Under the pieces are notes generated by a model. It was not told where the DNA came from and searched no databases. It worked only from the letters and a program-made list of their open reading frames with translations. A stretch of DNA of 64,000 bases from Acanthaster planci (taxonomy: Eukaryota). Position 1 is the stretch's first letter. Each line of letters starts with the position of its first letter. The position numbers and the translations under genes are program-made. This document shows positions 36,813-47,880 of the stretch, piece by piece. Where the stretch lies: contig NW_019091360.1 of assembly GCF_001949145.1 (NCBI RefSeq), positions 2,664,864-2,728,863 of the forward strand, given 5' to 3'.

Positions 36813-37150
36813 CTTGTGCTAACTCGCACGTACAACTTACATGTCTACGTACGACTTATATCGTAAATACTCGTACTTATCGTATATATTCTAACGTAAA
36901 CATGTCTTGTATAAAGACTAATAAGTAGTACGTGCGAAATGTAATTCGTACGTACGAGATGTAAGTCGTACGTGCGAGATGTAAGTCGTACGTGCGAGAT
37001 ATGGGTTGAACGTAGAAAGATAAGTAGTACATAGGCCTACGCCATAAAACTCATACGTACTTAAGTCGTTTGTGCGAGTTACATTGCTATATTGCACGCT
37101 CGAGATATAGGTACAAGATATAAACCGTACGTACGAGTGAGTTGAAGGGG
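36813..37150. repeat. Foldback/MITE-like element built from ~20-bp subrepeats (gtacgtgcgagatgtaagtc)
   Basis: Tandem units at ~36928-37000, inverted copies near the left end (ctcgcacgtacaacttacat) and imperfect inverted termini. Confidence 0.65.
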
Positions 37151-39823
37151 GAGAAAATGTTGTTCACCATAAATTTCATTAGTCATACTGCTTGGTAGCA
37201 TGCCTACCCACTCGAACCGTTTACTCAGCAGCTGTGCGAAACTGGGCCGTAATACTAACACACTGGGTGGAATTCATCTCAACGTACGTGACACCACGCT
37301 CGCGGAACAGCTTAACTGTAATTTTGTAACGACATGACAAGCTTAAATTAATACAATCGCCGTTTCAAATTATCTCATTTCGCGGTATGCAGTGACTGAT
37401 TGCCCACCAGTCTGGCTACAGACTTTATTTGCTGAGCATTTAAACTCTTGACGTTGTCTCCTACACGGTGATTAACGATATGAAAATGCTGTCCTTCCCT
37501 TTAACGCACCGCGGGGGTTGGAGAGTGCGTGCGCGTCAGTTCGTTGGGGCTAGCTTGCCATGCATCACACATGCAATTAACCGTACAGGTTTTAAAGTAA
37601 ACTTGGGCCTTCGTTTCGTGGATGTGAAGAGCAATTATAAAATGCACCTGTCTATTGTGGGTAAGTAAAATTATTTTAAAGGATCTCTGCAATGCGATTT
37701 TAGTTCAACCCTTGAAAATGCACCCTGTGTTTCAACAATATTTAATTTTTGTTTGTTATTTTGAGAGAGTGTTTTGCTATCTCTTTGGCCTTTAAGGTAT
37801 TGCGAGATTCATGAGCAAAACTGTGATGCAAGGGTGTTTAAGATGTTGCATCGATTTTTGCCTAAAAATTGCTTGATTTTTTATATTCTGCTGTCCTTAA
37901 TTTCATTGTCTTTGGTGATACTTGTGTAAGTAGGCTATAAGCCAACAAGCAACATCTTCTCGTACATGCTTTCGCTAAGAAAAATGTTTGTTCATGATTT
38001 TAACGGAAACACCTGTAAAATGAAGTCAAAACCTCGTCCTTGAATGGTGTCACAGCAACAGCGCTATCATTTGTCCAGAAAAGCATGGATATTTTAACAT
38101 TTCAATGGGTACACTTGACCCCAAAAAGACGTCCACGAGTTTTCATACATGGATGACTGTACAAAAGGTGCATCTGAGAAAGAATTTTGTTTGCTCTTTC
38201 AATTAACGCCGAGACCGATGTAGAGCGTGAACTTAAGTTTTAACATGCAATCTCATGTTTGACTTTTGGCAATCGATGAACAGTAATTTTCACATTTCAT
38301 ATTATGCCTTGGAAGTAAAGTCCGTCCGATGACTTTGTCTTTACCGTCAAGTTCTATGGACAGGATGCTTGCTATTAAAAACAACCGTGACAACAAACAT
38401 CTTTCTTCTTTCTCTCTGAATTCTACATAAGAAACGCCTTTTCGTTAACTAGGTTGACCAAACGTGGTCTGCTGTTGAAAGTTTGATCCCGATAGCGACG
38501 TCAATTTCTGGGGAGCATTGGGGAAAGTGCTTTTTCCATAAAGCCGAACCTTACTTTTATTTGTTAAATTTTCCACCAGTATAATTATATTTCCAACTTA
38601 TATACATTTTTCTTGTGATTTTTTGTCTTTGCTACCATTGTTGGGTTGTGGCAGAATCCGTAGCTCATACTGCACACAATACAACTTAAATGTATGGTTA
38701 AAAAATTCATACCACTGTGAGTTACTTGCAACAATCTTCCTCTTTGTGTTGGAAAACTGCCATCCCACAGCACCTCTCCGCCACTTCTGGCAGTAGAATT
38801 TTGTTCAGCGACAACCTACAGAAAAGTGCTATACTGAACGTTCACCCTAACACCTTTGATAGACGACTGATAACGCCATTGGTGACGTTTTCACGCCGAG
38901 AGTTTTTTTCTTTCTTTTTGGTGTGTGTGGGGGTGGTGTTTTGCCACTTTATTCGCCAACTGCACGCACAGGTTCATTTCTATTATAATGTACATCTTCA
39001 TTCGAAGACCAAGAGTCAGCGTCATTTTCATATCCTTCCCGTCCTGGGAAGGGATGAGAACGCGACCCATGAGAACCAGGTGCGATACGTTTAATATTGC
39101 AGAATAGTCGGAGGATACACCCTGCACTTTCTCATGCTTTTATTGCCAGTCTTGAGAGGAGACTAACCTTTGCGCCTCGTGGAAGCTTCCCCTGCTGAAA
39201 TTTCGGACTTTGCTCCCCTCAGATATTAGCAAAATAGAAAAAAACTGCTCTTAATAGAATAAGCTCTGAGACCAAAATAGCAGTTCTGCAGAAGTGCTTT
39301 ACAAGGATTCTACCTATTTGTCAAGCCTGGTGGTGCCGTTGAAAAAAAGGGGGGGGGGTTCGCGGAAAAGGCCGGAGTAGGCCTAGGCGTATTTACAACT
39401 CTACTAGACCATCATCTTGATTATGCAATACCAAAGTTGTCTATTGTGTCTGTGCACAACCCACGGGCCGATAGACCTTTCTCGTGTTTACAAACATCGG
39501 CCGCCATTATGGGTGGCCAAGGTCTGCAGAACGTTTACCATTGGTTTGCAACAGTTCTTGCCTCGAAATACAAATTTTGCTTTTTGGGAGGCATAGAAGT
39601 TTTTACTGAATACTATTTAAACATAACTCATAGATACCTAAGATAGTTTTGCCATTCCTATCGGCCGAGAGCCCGTCACGATGAAAGCACGGCTTGCGGA
39701 GACACACACCATAACGTGGCGAGACGAGTGGTTGAAAAAAGTTGAAGTAAAATTTACGATTACTATCGTTGAAATTTTATACTTTTGACTTGTTTTGACT
39801 TCCTGGCTCACAAGGTTTATGTA

Positions 39824-40280
39824 AATAGGAATAAATATGGCTGGTCTTAAACGTTAAAGACCGCCACAGGAGAATGTATGCTCAAGTTGATGCCACTCGT
39901 CATTGGCTTATCGTTTTCTGCGTCACCTCACGTAGTACATCCCACGCGCGCGCCAATTTCCATACAAGGCGATTGAATACTTGCGCTCGGAACAAACCCT
40001 AAAATGGTTAGAGGGGTGTGTGAATAAAATAGAGTAAAAATGTTGGGGAAAAAAAGAATCATTTGAGATTTATGTAATACATGTTTTATAATTTTCTTTG
40101 ACTTTCTGACCCAAAAGGTATCTATGAATGGAAATAGAATGTGTGCTTGACCTCTCTTTAAGGTCATTTTAAGACCGGGGAGAGTGCTCGAGCCTGCGGC
40201 TGTGGCTTTAATAGTCGCGTCCATTCTCCTGAGCCGGTCTTAAACGTTGGACCGATCATGCTCCTATTTTTTTATTCCCT
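39824..40280. mobile_element. Degenerate inverted-repeat element (MITE-like)
   Basis: Left ggtcttaaacgttaaagaccgccacaggagaatg vs right (reverse complement) ggtccaacgtttaagaccggctcaggagaatg. Confidence 0.45.
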
Positions 40281-42152
40281 TAATTTTGAATGAGACATTT
40301 TTACACATTGTAGATTATTCTTCAGGTTTGGATTCACGGCCAGTCATACAGTTTTTGCCAACTACCGGAAGGTAATACTGCGCTTGTGTTGCGTTGATGA
40401 TATCCGATATCGTTTACGTCCATGAAAAGTAATTTTGGGTACTTCACCACATTTCGGGTACAATCTTCTTTTTTTTTAAGGAATGCCCCTTAGTTTCTCA
40501 GGAAAAAAACACGAACAGTGTTTTCCTCGCAACAGAGTACCCTATTTTCTCTCAACTTTTTGGAGAAGTTGGCGTAATAAACCTTTGAGAAAGTCTTAAT
40601 TTCAAGAATTTTGGCAGCAAATGACAGTTTTGAATTCGTATTAAAAATTTGTTGCACAAACTTTCCTTTGAAGCACGTTCTTAATCGGTGGAAGTGGAAG
40701 AAAAGAAATTATAAAGATTATTTGCTATATATCATATTATCAGTCAAACGTTGAGGGAAAATTGTTAGAGGATTTCCCCCCTACATTGCAGACGCCTGAA
40801 TGTCACCGGTATTCGTATATTGATTTACACCCCCTCTGGAGTTAATTAACAGCTGCCCAACGCTAAGCCCGTACACTGTCTTTTTCTTGGTCAAAGGTGA
40901 AACCAAAACGAAGACGCCAACGAGAAAGGCCCGTTAATGAGCCACTCATCAGACGAAAAATCAATGTTCATTAGCGGCAGAGGTAGTTTATGCGCCAACA
41001 TTTGGGGGAAAGCGTTAAGGTTCTTGTTTGGAGGGGAACAAAATGCAGCACTTAGAAGCAAGGGCTACAAATTCAAATCGGTGATTTTTCTCCACATTGC
41101 TATTTTGTTGTGAGAGTCAGTGTTCTCCTTTCTGAAGGGATTTGAATGTCCCTTAACGCGAAAGACGTGGAAGAAAAATAAGTGACCGTTTTGTCCTGTT
41201 GGCTAAGCCCATAGACTAGACGTACACGAGACAGACTGTAATACTATAGTCATTATTCGCGCCACATGGACTTTGCAGCTTTTACAATGTGGAGTTGAAT
41301 CGATTTGTGTTGATTTCATACGAATTCAGTTTCAAGAAGTACTTGATACCTATCACTTAAGACAAACCTGCTGCGATTACGAAAACAAATCAGTTGCATG
41401 AAATTCGAACTGGTCATTAGTTTCCATCTATCCGGTTTCCCTCAAAACATTTTCCCATTATATTTCGGGATTAATTTTCTGTTTGACAGCTGTCAAAGTC
41501 ACTGTTGAAGTGTTTTGCGGCGGTCACAGCAATGGCAACGAGTAGCGTGATATAACTGGTGAAATGAAACCTGATCTGGTCATGAAAATTGACAGTGTGT
41601 CGTCACCATTGATTTCCATTAATCTTAACCGTCCAATGAGCAGGTTAGCGGGGCATTGCCGATGTTCGCTACGCATGGCCGGAACGTGCTTGACTTTCAC
41701 AGTTGATTGCCCGAAGACGTTTCGAATATTCTAAGAAAGTGAACGTGTTCTCTCGGAAAACTGGAGAAATTATAACAGTCTTGCTCTTCGGTTAAGAACT
41801 GATTGCCTATTATGCAAGATAGAAATACAACACCACGACAAAAGGAGCTAAAAACCTTTACCTTGTTTTTGAAGTTATCCACTCACAAAATCCTTGAACC
41901 CACACCATTGGTTTTCAGGAGATCGGTGCACAGCACACACACACAGTATTCTCAACTTGCGGTGCTTGTTTCTGGCACGTCCTTATTGGTCCAAGAGGAA
42001 TGTAACGCGCGCGTATTTGAAGCACCTGTGTGTCAGGTACGCGCGTGTTGCATTCCTTTTGCGTGTGGGCGTGGTATTCGCTATGCAAAGTGAAGTGTGC
42101 TGGATGATTCCACTGATCTCCAGTTAAAGTCAATGGAGATCAATGGGTGCTT

Positions 42153-42210
42153 CCTGGGGCCAATTTCATAGAGCTGTTTAAGCACAAAATTTGCTTAAAT
42201 TGGCCCCAGG
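42153..42210. mobile_element. Very short internally deleted MITE (14-bp perfect TIR)
   Basis: CCTGGGGCCAATTT … AAATTGGCCCCAGG enclosing 30 bp. Confidence 0.55.
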
Positions 42211-45200
42211 TTTGGGGCCAACTTAAACTTATGGAACTTAAACGAACAATAAACTTATGGAAAACTCGAAATTTAGAACGGTTTTATGCATATCAAAGTC
42301 AGTTTTCGAATAGAGGTGCCAACAAAGCCAATACGCCAAAACCTTGAATTCATAATAGTAGTAAAATGAGCGCTTCGTTTTGCTGAGTGTAAACAATGCC
42401 AATGCGTGGCATAATAGACATGGGCTGCAGATTTTCCGAGGATTTATAAAGACCCAAACTACAAAAACTGTGCTTAAAATGGCCAAAACGTCATTCACAA
42501 ATGTTGTGCTTGCTCGCCTGCTGCATAGTGTACATTATTCGGAATTCGTTTTATCTTATTTCATTATGTTAATTCTGCAAACGCACAACAATTCAAAATA
42601 TCTGCGCTCTTGTAACCCAAGGCTTTCATTTAGTTCATCGGGAGGTATCACCGCTCCAACACCAGTTAGATTTCCTGCGAATTGTACATTTACGGCGATT
42701 GGTCGGCTGCTTTCGTGCCAAATTGTGTCTTCAATATTGTACCTCAGATGTTAACATATTTGCAGCATTTCCAATTTCTGGCGAGTCAGCATAATAATTA
42801 TGTGCCGTTGACAAAAATGCAAGTTTGGGGTAAATTAAAAGCAAAAGAAATCAACTGGATAATTTTGAACGTCGCAGTTCAGTGTCCCATTTCCCGCCAT
42901 GCTTTTCAGTTGTTTATAATGAGTCGAAGTCGTTTCGGTCGCGGAGAATGAGCGCAACCTAATTTAAATTTTTTTTTTCCTTGCGGGACTGAATCCGCAA
43001 GGAGCAACAGTTCTCGGAGATAACGCGTACAAAAGTCGACCAGTACGACGGACAACGCTTCTTCGTTGGGTTGGGTAATCATTAAATCTGTGGAAATCAT
43101 GCAGTTAAATGCATAAATCGTGCATTTGTAGAAGTTCCAGTTTTGAATTGGTCGCGCGCCTCTGGAAATGGAATGAATGCAGGTTAACGGTAAACCGCAG
43201 AGATATCAATTATTCATTCTTTCTTATACACAAGAATTGAGGAAACTAAAGCCTTCAGATATGATATAAAAGGCTCTTAAATTTTAAAAAGAGCTTTAAT
43301 TTTCAAAAGAGATGTAAGAATACTTGTTCTTTTCCTTTTAAAACTAATTTGATTTTGTATGAGTGTTAAGTATTTTCCTTTCATTGTTGAAAATAAAGAT
43401 AGAAATCGTGTGGGAGTTATTTGAATAAACATATTAATCTCGTATATTACAATTATAATATAATATTAATGGTCATTATAAATGAACATTGATTTAAATA
43501 ACAAGCCAAATTTTATGTGTTCTGCCCTTGTAAACGAGAATGCGCCGTTTAGAATGAGCTTCGAGTTCCTTCTTGTTTGCCATATGGCGGTCGGTCAGCC
43601 GTGCTTCATCAATATTGCACCTGCAGAAATATAGTTCTCGAGGGGTCTACAGTGTATATGCAATCCGTTTTTCTGTTCGGAAAAACTCCTTCCGATCCAC
43701 TTTCGATTTGTGAAATGAGGCTGACAATAAACGATATCGCCAGTGGGACCATTGTACGCTCAGTTGCCATGACGATGCGGTGGTCACAGTCGCCAGTGAA
43801 ATCTAATGAACTGAACGACGATATATGGTATAACCATGGTGACTTTTTCACGTTCAATAAAAAGGGAATTAAAGGAAGTAAAGACTCGTGCTGTTCATAT
43901 CAAGGCTCGCCAGCAGCATGACCGTCGATCTGTAGCAAAGTCCTGGTCATTACTGTTTGCAAATTTTCTGGCATGTTGGATTGTGCATTGGACGGCGAAG
44001 GTTGTCGACAATGATGCACTTTCATAGAGCCTATGTTTTTATCAATTTTTCTTTAGCATAACTGAAGCTGCCGATTTCTCTTCACCTTTCGCATCGACCT
44101 TGCCTCGAATAGGATGACTCCTCCAATTTATTACTGTTGGACCCCCTCTGTGTCGATTTCGCAGTCCTGCATCCTCTGCGAAATTGCATTTTGGCCGTTC
44201 AATTCTCGATTGCCCAAGGGCAGAGTGTGCCAATTATGTTAGGTTCATCTTCGTCGTCACGTCAGTCCCCGCCCACTTTCTGCCGTCAACGGTCGGACAA
44301 AATATCTGATAAATTCTGTGATCTTCTTATTCTGTGCACAACCGCACTGCCGATCCCGTACCCTGGATGAGCCAGGGCACGGGGTCGGTAATACTACCTC
44401 GAGAGTGTCGCCACGAGTCTTCGACCGGGCTATTTTTAAATATTTCTGACAAAAAGTTAATGAAGATTGATATCAAGATGAATTTCCGTTGTCCTCGAGG
44501 ATCATATCAGCAGTTGATGAAATTTCAGAAGAGCAAGGTGGCTGTTCAACCACAAAGTTCATTGCTGTTAGTTTGACAATTTGCTCCGCTGACCGTTTTC
44601 AGTTTGGCAGGTGTCCCCAAAGGAAGCATGGGGTGACATTCTGCTTCCGGTAAATAAGGTGCTAATTTACCTAATTTGCATCTAGCAAGCACACGTTTTT
44701 GTTTACACGTACCCTGAATAAACAAAGATCCCGCAACGGCTGAGTCAACGCCGTGAGCCATTTGTTACCTTGGTGTACCACCAACTATTAGTATTATGCA
44801 CGACAAAATTGTTTCATTTCCTGTATAACGACCGAATGAAAATACCCATGTTATCAGAAAAAGGGAGCATAGATCACAGGATGTCTGTCTGAATTAAGGT
44901 AGGGGCTCATTTGCGTTATTGGAAACAAGATATTCTATTAGCTTAGGATCCGCACGGAATGTCCGAACTTTCAACCACGTTGTTATTTTTTTCTGGACTA
45001 ATTTGCTGAGATGCGTGTTTTTCCAGTGACTTGTCAGCTTTCACTCCTGCAAAATGCCTGAACGTGACTCGAGAGAGTAAAAGGGGCTTCTCCTTGCCAA
45101 GTGCGTCACTCATTTTGAAAACACGTACAGGACTGAACTGTACAGAAGAGCTTGGAGCAGAACTCACCTTGTCGGAGATGGTTATCTTGGGGCGGGGGGG

Positions 45201-45931
45201 GGGGAGACAGACCACTGACGAGACGGCAGGCGAGTGGCACGGACACGTACGTACGTGTACGCATGGCAGTTCGGTAGTTGATGTGTATACTGCATGACAG
45301 TGGCTTAGTGTGCTCGGATTAATAACCTTATTTTGTGGTTAGCCGTGTTACCATACGAGGGTAATAAGCCCTGCCAGTACTGTGGTCTTCGTGCGTAGCC
45401 TCGGACAGAAAGTCGCAGAGACTGCGTTAGACAAGCCTATAGTGTAACTGCGGAACAGCGCTACATCCACCATTCATTTTTTGCGTTCACATTCCTTTGA
45501 GATAACGCTGACTTTTCCTCCTTTCTCTGTTTACAGATGGAAAGAACGGATAGAAAACAGCTCATTCTGCCATCATCCCTCTTCTCTGAGATTTTTAAAC
45601 GTATAAGTCGTGACTTGCGCAGAATCTGCTCGTATTCAGGCATGAAGGACTATGGACGGATTGGGAGTGCCTGTCTACAGAGGCTGGTTGTAATTGGCCA
45701 TTGAAAGAAGCAGCTTTGAAATGACTACCGCCACGTAAGCCAGTCAAATTCCGTTAGCGACTTAAAGCGTAGCGACTTATGCGTGGATCATTAAGCGTTA
45801 TAGAGATGGTTGTCAGGAACGTCCACTAACACTCTCTTTTAAAGTATGTAACTTTCCAATGGAAGACGGTTTGACCAAGACCTAAAAATGATATTCGTGT
45901 CAAGCTCAAAGAAGGACACAATGTGGAGACC

Positions 45932-47425
45932 ATGAGTTCATTACTAATTAACATTACCACCACTCTGGTGAATCCCACTGCTGCCACCAATGACAGCATT
46001 ATGGGTATGCCCATCACTGCCTCTACTACCAACACCTCCTCCTACGTGTATCCTGTCCCCTACGTCGTCGTCCTCTCGGTTGTTCTTTTGATAGAGATGC
46101 TGGCAGGTGTCTTGAGCAACTTAGCTGTTCTCTTCAGTTACCACGTCAACAAAAAGTTCATTCGATCTGTCAGTGATGTCTTCATCATCAACATGAATGT
46201 GGTGGACATTATCATCTGCTTAGTCTCCATTCCAGCCACCCTTGTGGCTGTCCTGTCCAACCCGAGCATCCCGCTGTTCTGTTTCTTCCACGAGGCCACA
46301 GTTTCCTTCGCCAGCGTGGCCTCTGCGGTCAACGTCGCCGTCATCTCCCTCGACCGCTACGACAAGATCTCCCACCCTCTTGTCAGGAAGTTCACCATGA
46401 GGAACGTCCGCTGGATCCTGCCTATCACCTGGCTCCTATCACTTTTAGGATTCTGTTCTCCACTTTTCGGAATAAATCTGGAAAAGTTCGACCGGGTTCA
46501 GAAGAGGTTCGAATCGGAGGGCCATCACTGTTTTTACTGGTTCTTCAGCTCCAGAGACAACCATTTCTACGAGTTGTACTACATCCCCATCTTTTTTGTT
46601 GCAACCTTTGTCATGATCTACGCGTATTACGGGATCATCCGAATCACACGCGTTAAGACGATCCACTCTGCCTTAGTCAAAGCAACGGTTAGCATGAAAG
46701 TAGACAATGACAGGAAGGTTGTTGCGGCCGCTATCAATAATAAAGACCCAGAGAAGCGAGTCTCTAGGACGACGACAATTATTATCTTGACTTTCATTAC
46801 CTGCTGGGGACCTCATGCGCTAGTCAGCATCGTGATTGTAGCGAGGGGGTACGCTAGTTCTGGAGAGATAGCTTTAGACATGCTAGAGCGATGGTTGGTT
46901 GTTTTGGGCTACACCACTACGTTAATGCATCCAATCCTCTACGTCTTCATGAGACGGAATTTTCGGCGTGCCTTTTCCAACAGTTGGTTCGCGCGGTGCG
47001 CGGTCAGGCATCGGGTGGGAGCGGCACGGTCCGCCCCGAGCCAGGACGAGCCTGAGTGCCCGCGGGCCGTGCTGGGGACCATCGGAAAGAGACAGTCGGA
47101 CAGGAACCTCGTGGTCAGCACACGGGTGGAGAAAAACTCCAACCTACCCCAGACTTCAACCAAAGCGACCGTACATGCTCACGTGGTCCGGGAAGAACAC
47201 TTCCAACTCGCTTCGTCGTCAGGAATAAGGGAGAACATTGTATTGCTGGACAGTGATCACGTCGACATGAAGGAACCAATGACAACCCCCCATGCCGCTT
47301 ACGTCATCAGCCCGCCGGCAATCGCAGTCAAAGACCCGACCTTCAAATGTAGCGATAGTGTCCCCATCAGCTCCTCAGTTGTGACAGAGAAGCATAAAAA
47401 TGCACATTTACCAAACGTGGACTAA
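45932..47425 (+). CDS. GPR22: Orphan rhodopsin-like (class A) GPCR, GPR22-like, intronless CDS, 497 aa
   Basis: Long ORF with 7 hydrophobic segments, N-terminal NxT/S sites, TM3 CFFHEATVSFASVASAVNVAVISLDRYD (close to GPR22 CCFHEACVSFASVSTAINVFAITLDRYD as recalled), TM6 CWGP, TM7 HPILY in place of NPxxY as in GPR22. First in-frame ATG is 45932 (the ORF track starts at a GTG, 45923). Confidence 0.9.
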   Translation: MSSLLINITTTLVNPTAATNDSIMGMPITASTTNTSSYVYPVPYVVVLSVVLLIEMLAGVLSNLAVLFSYHVNKKFIRSVSDVFIINMNVVDIIICLVSIPATLVAVLSNPSIPLFCFFHEATVSFASVASAVNVAVISLDRYDKISHPLVRKFTMRNVRWILPITWLLSLLGFCSPLFGINLEKFDRVQKRFESEGHHCFYWFFSSRDNHFYELYYIPIFFVATFVMIYAYYGIIRITRVKTIHSALVKATVSMKVDNDRKVVAAAINNKDPEKRVSRTTTIIILTFITCWGPHALVSIVIVARGYASSGEIALDMLERWLVVLGYTTTLMHPILYVFMRRNFRRAFSNSWFARCAVRHRVGAARSAPSQDEPECPRAVLGTIGKRQSDRNLVVSTRVEKNSNLPQTSTKATVHAHVVREEHFQLASSSGIRENIVLLDSDHVDMKEPMTTPHAAYVISPPAIAVKDPTFKCSDSVPISSSVVTEKHKNAHLPNVD

Positions 47426-47704
47426 TTTTCAGTGGGTCCACGCACTCAAATGCCGTAGGGAAATCTGACCATGCATGAAGCGATGTTAATTAGGTAAAAT
47501 GTAATTGACGATAACGTTTTCATAAATTTATGATGCTGCCTGCAAAGCGCATGCATACCATATAGTGACGTTAAATTTGAGTTGTCTGCGACTCTTGAAA
47601 TAAGCGAGTTACAGTTTCTCAGTGTGAGGAATTCATTTCTGGTACTGTGGCGATACTGAGCTCACGCGCGTTCGTAAACTACAGGCGCGTGTGCGTTTTG
47701 ACAA

Positions 47705-47880
47705 GTTATCTGGTTCGTCAGTGACTTCGTCATAAAGGTAGACGCGCCACGATTTGCAGGCTCCCATGTAAACGACAATCAACGCATGTAACTCCATGTG
47801 CAGTGCACGTGTGCAGTGGGTGTGGTTTAAACTGAAGTGACGTCACACACTAACGAACTGGATTGGGCGAAAAACTACAG
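47705..47880 (+). repeat. Dispersed repeat, copy 1 (other copies ~51025-51245 same strand, ~33035-33118 inverted)
   Basis: tctggttcgt…cttcgtcataaagg…gacgcgccacgatttgcaggctc…ccatgtaaacg…tgtgcagtg…tgacgtcacac…acgaac shared between copies. Confidence 0.8.

Noticed and set aside
40925..40960. CTGATGAG hammerhead-like core on the minus strand
   Set aside because: The required GAAA after stem II is absent.
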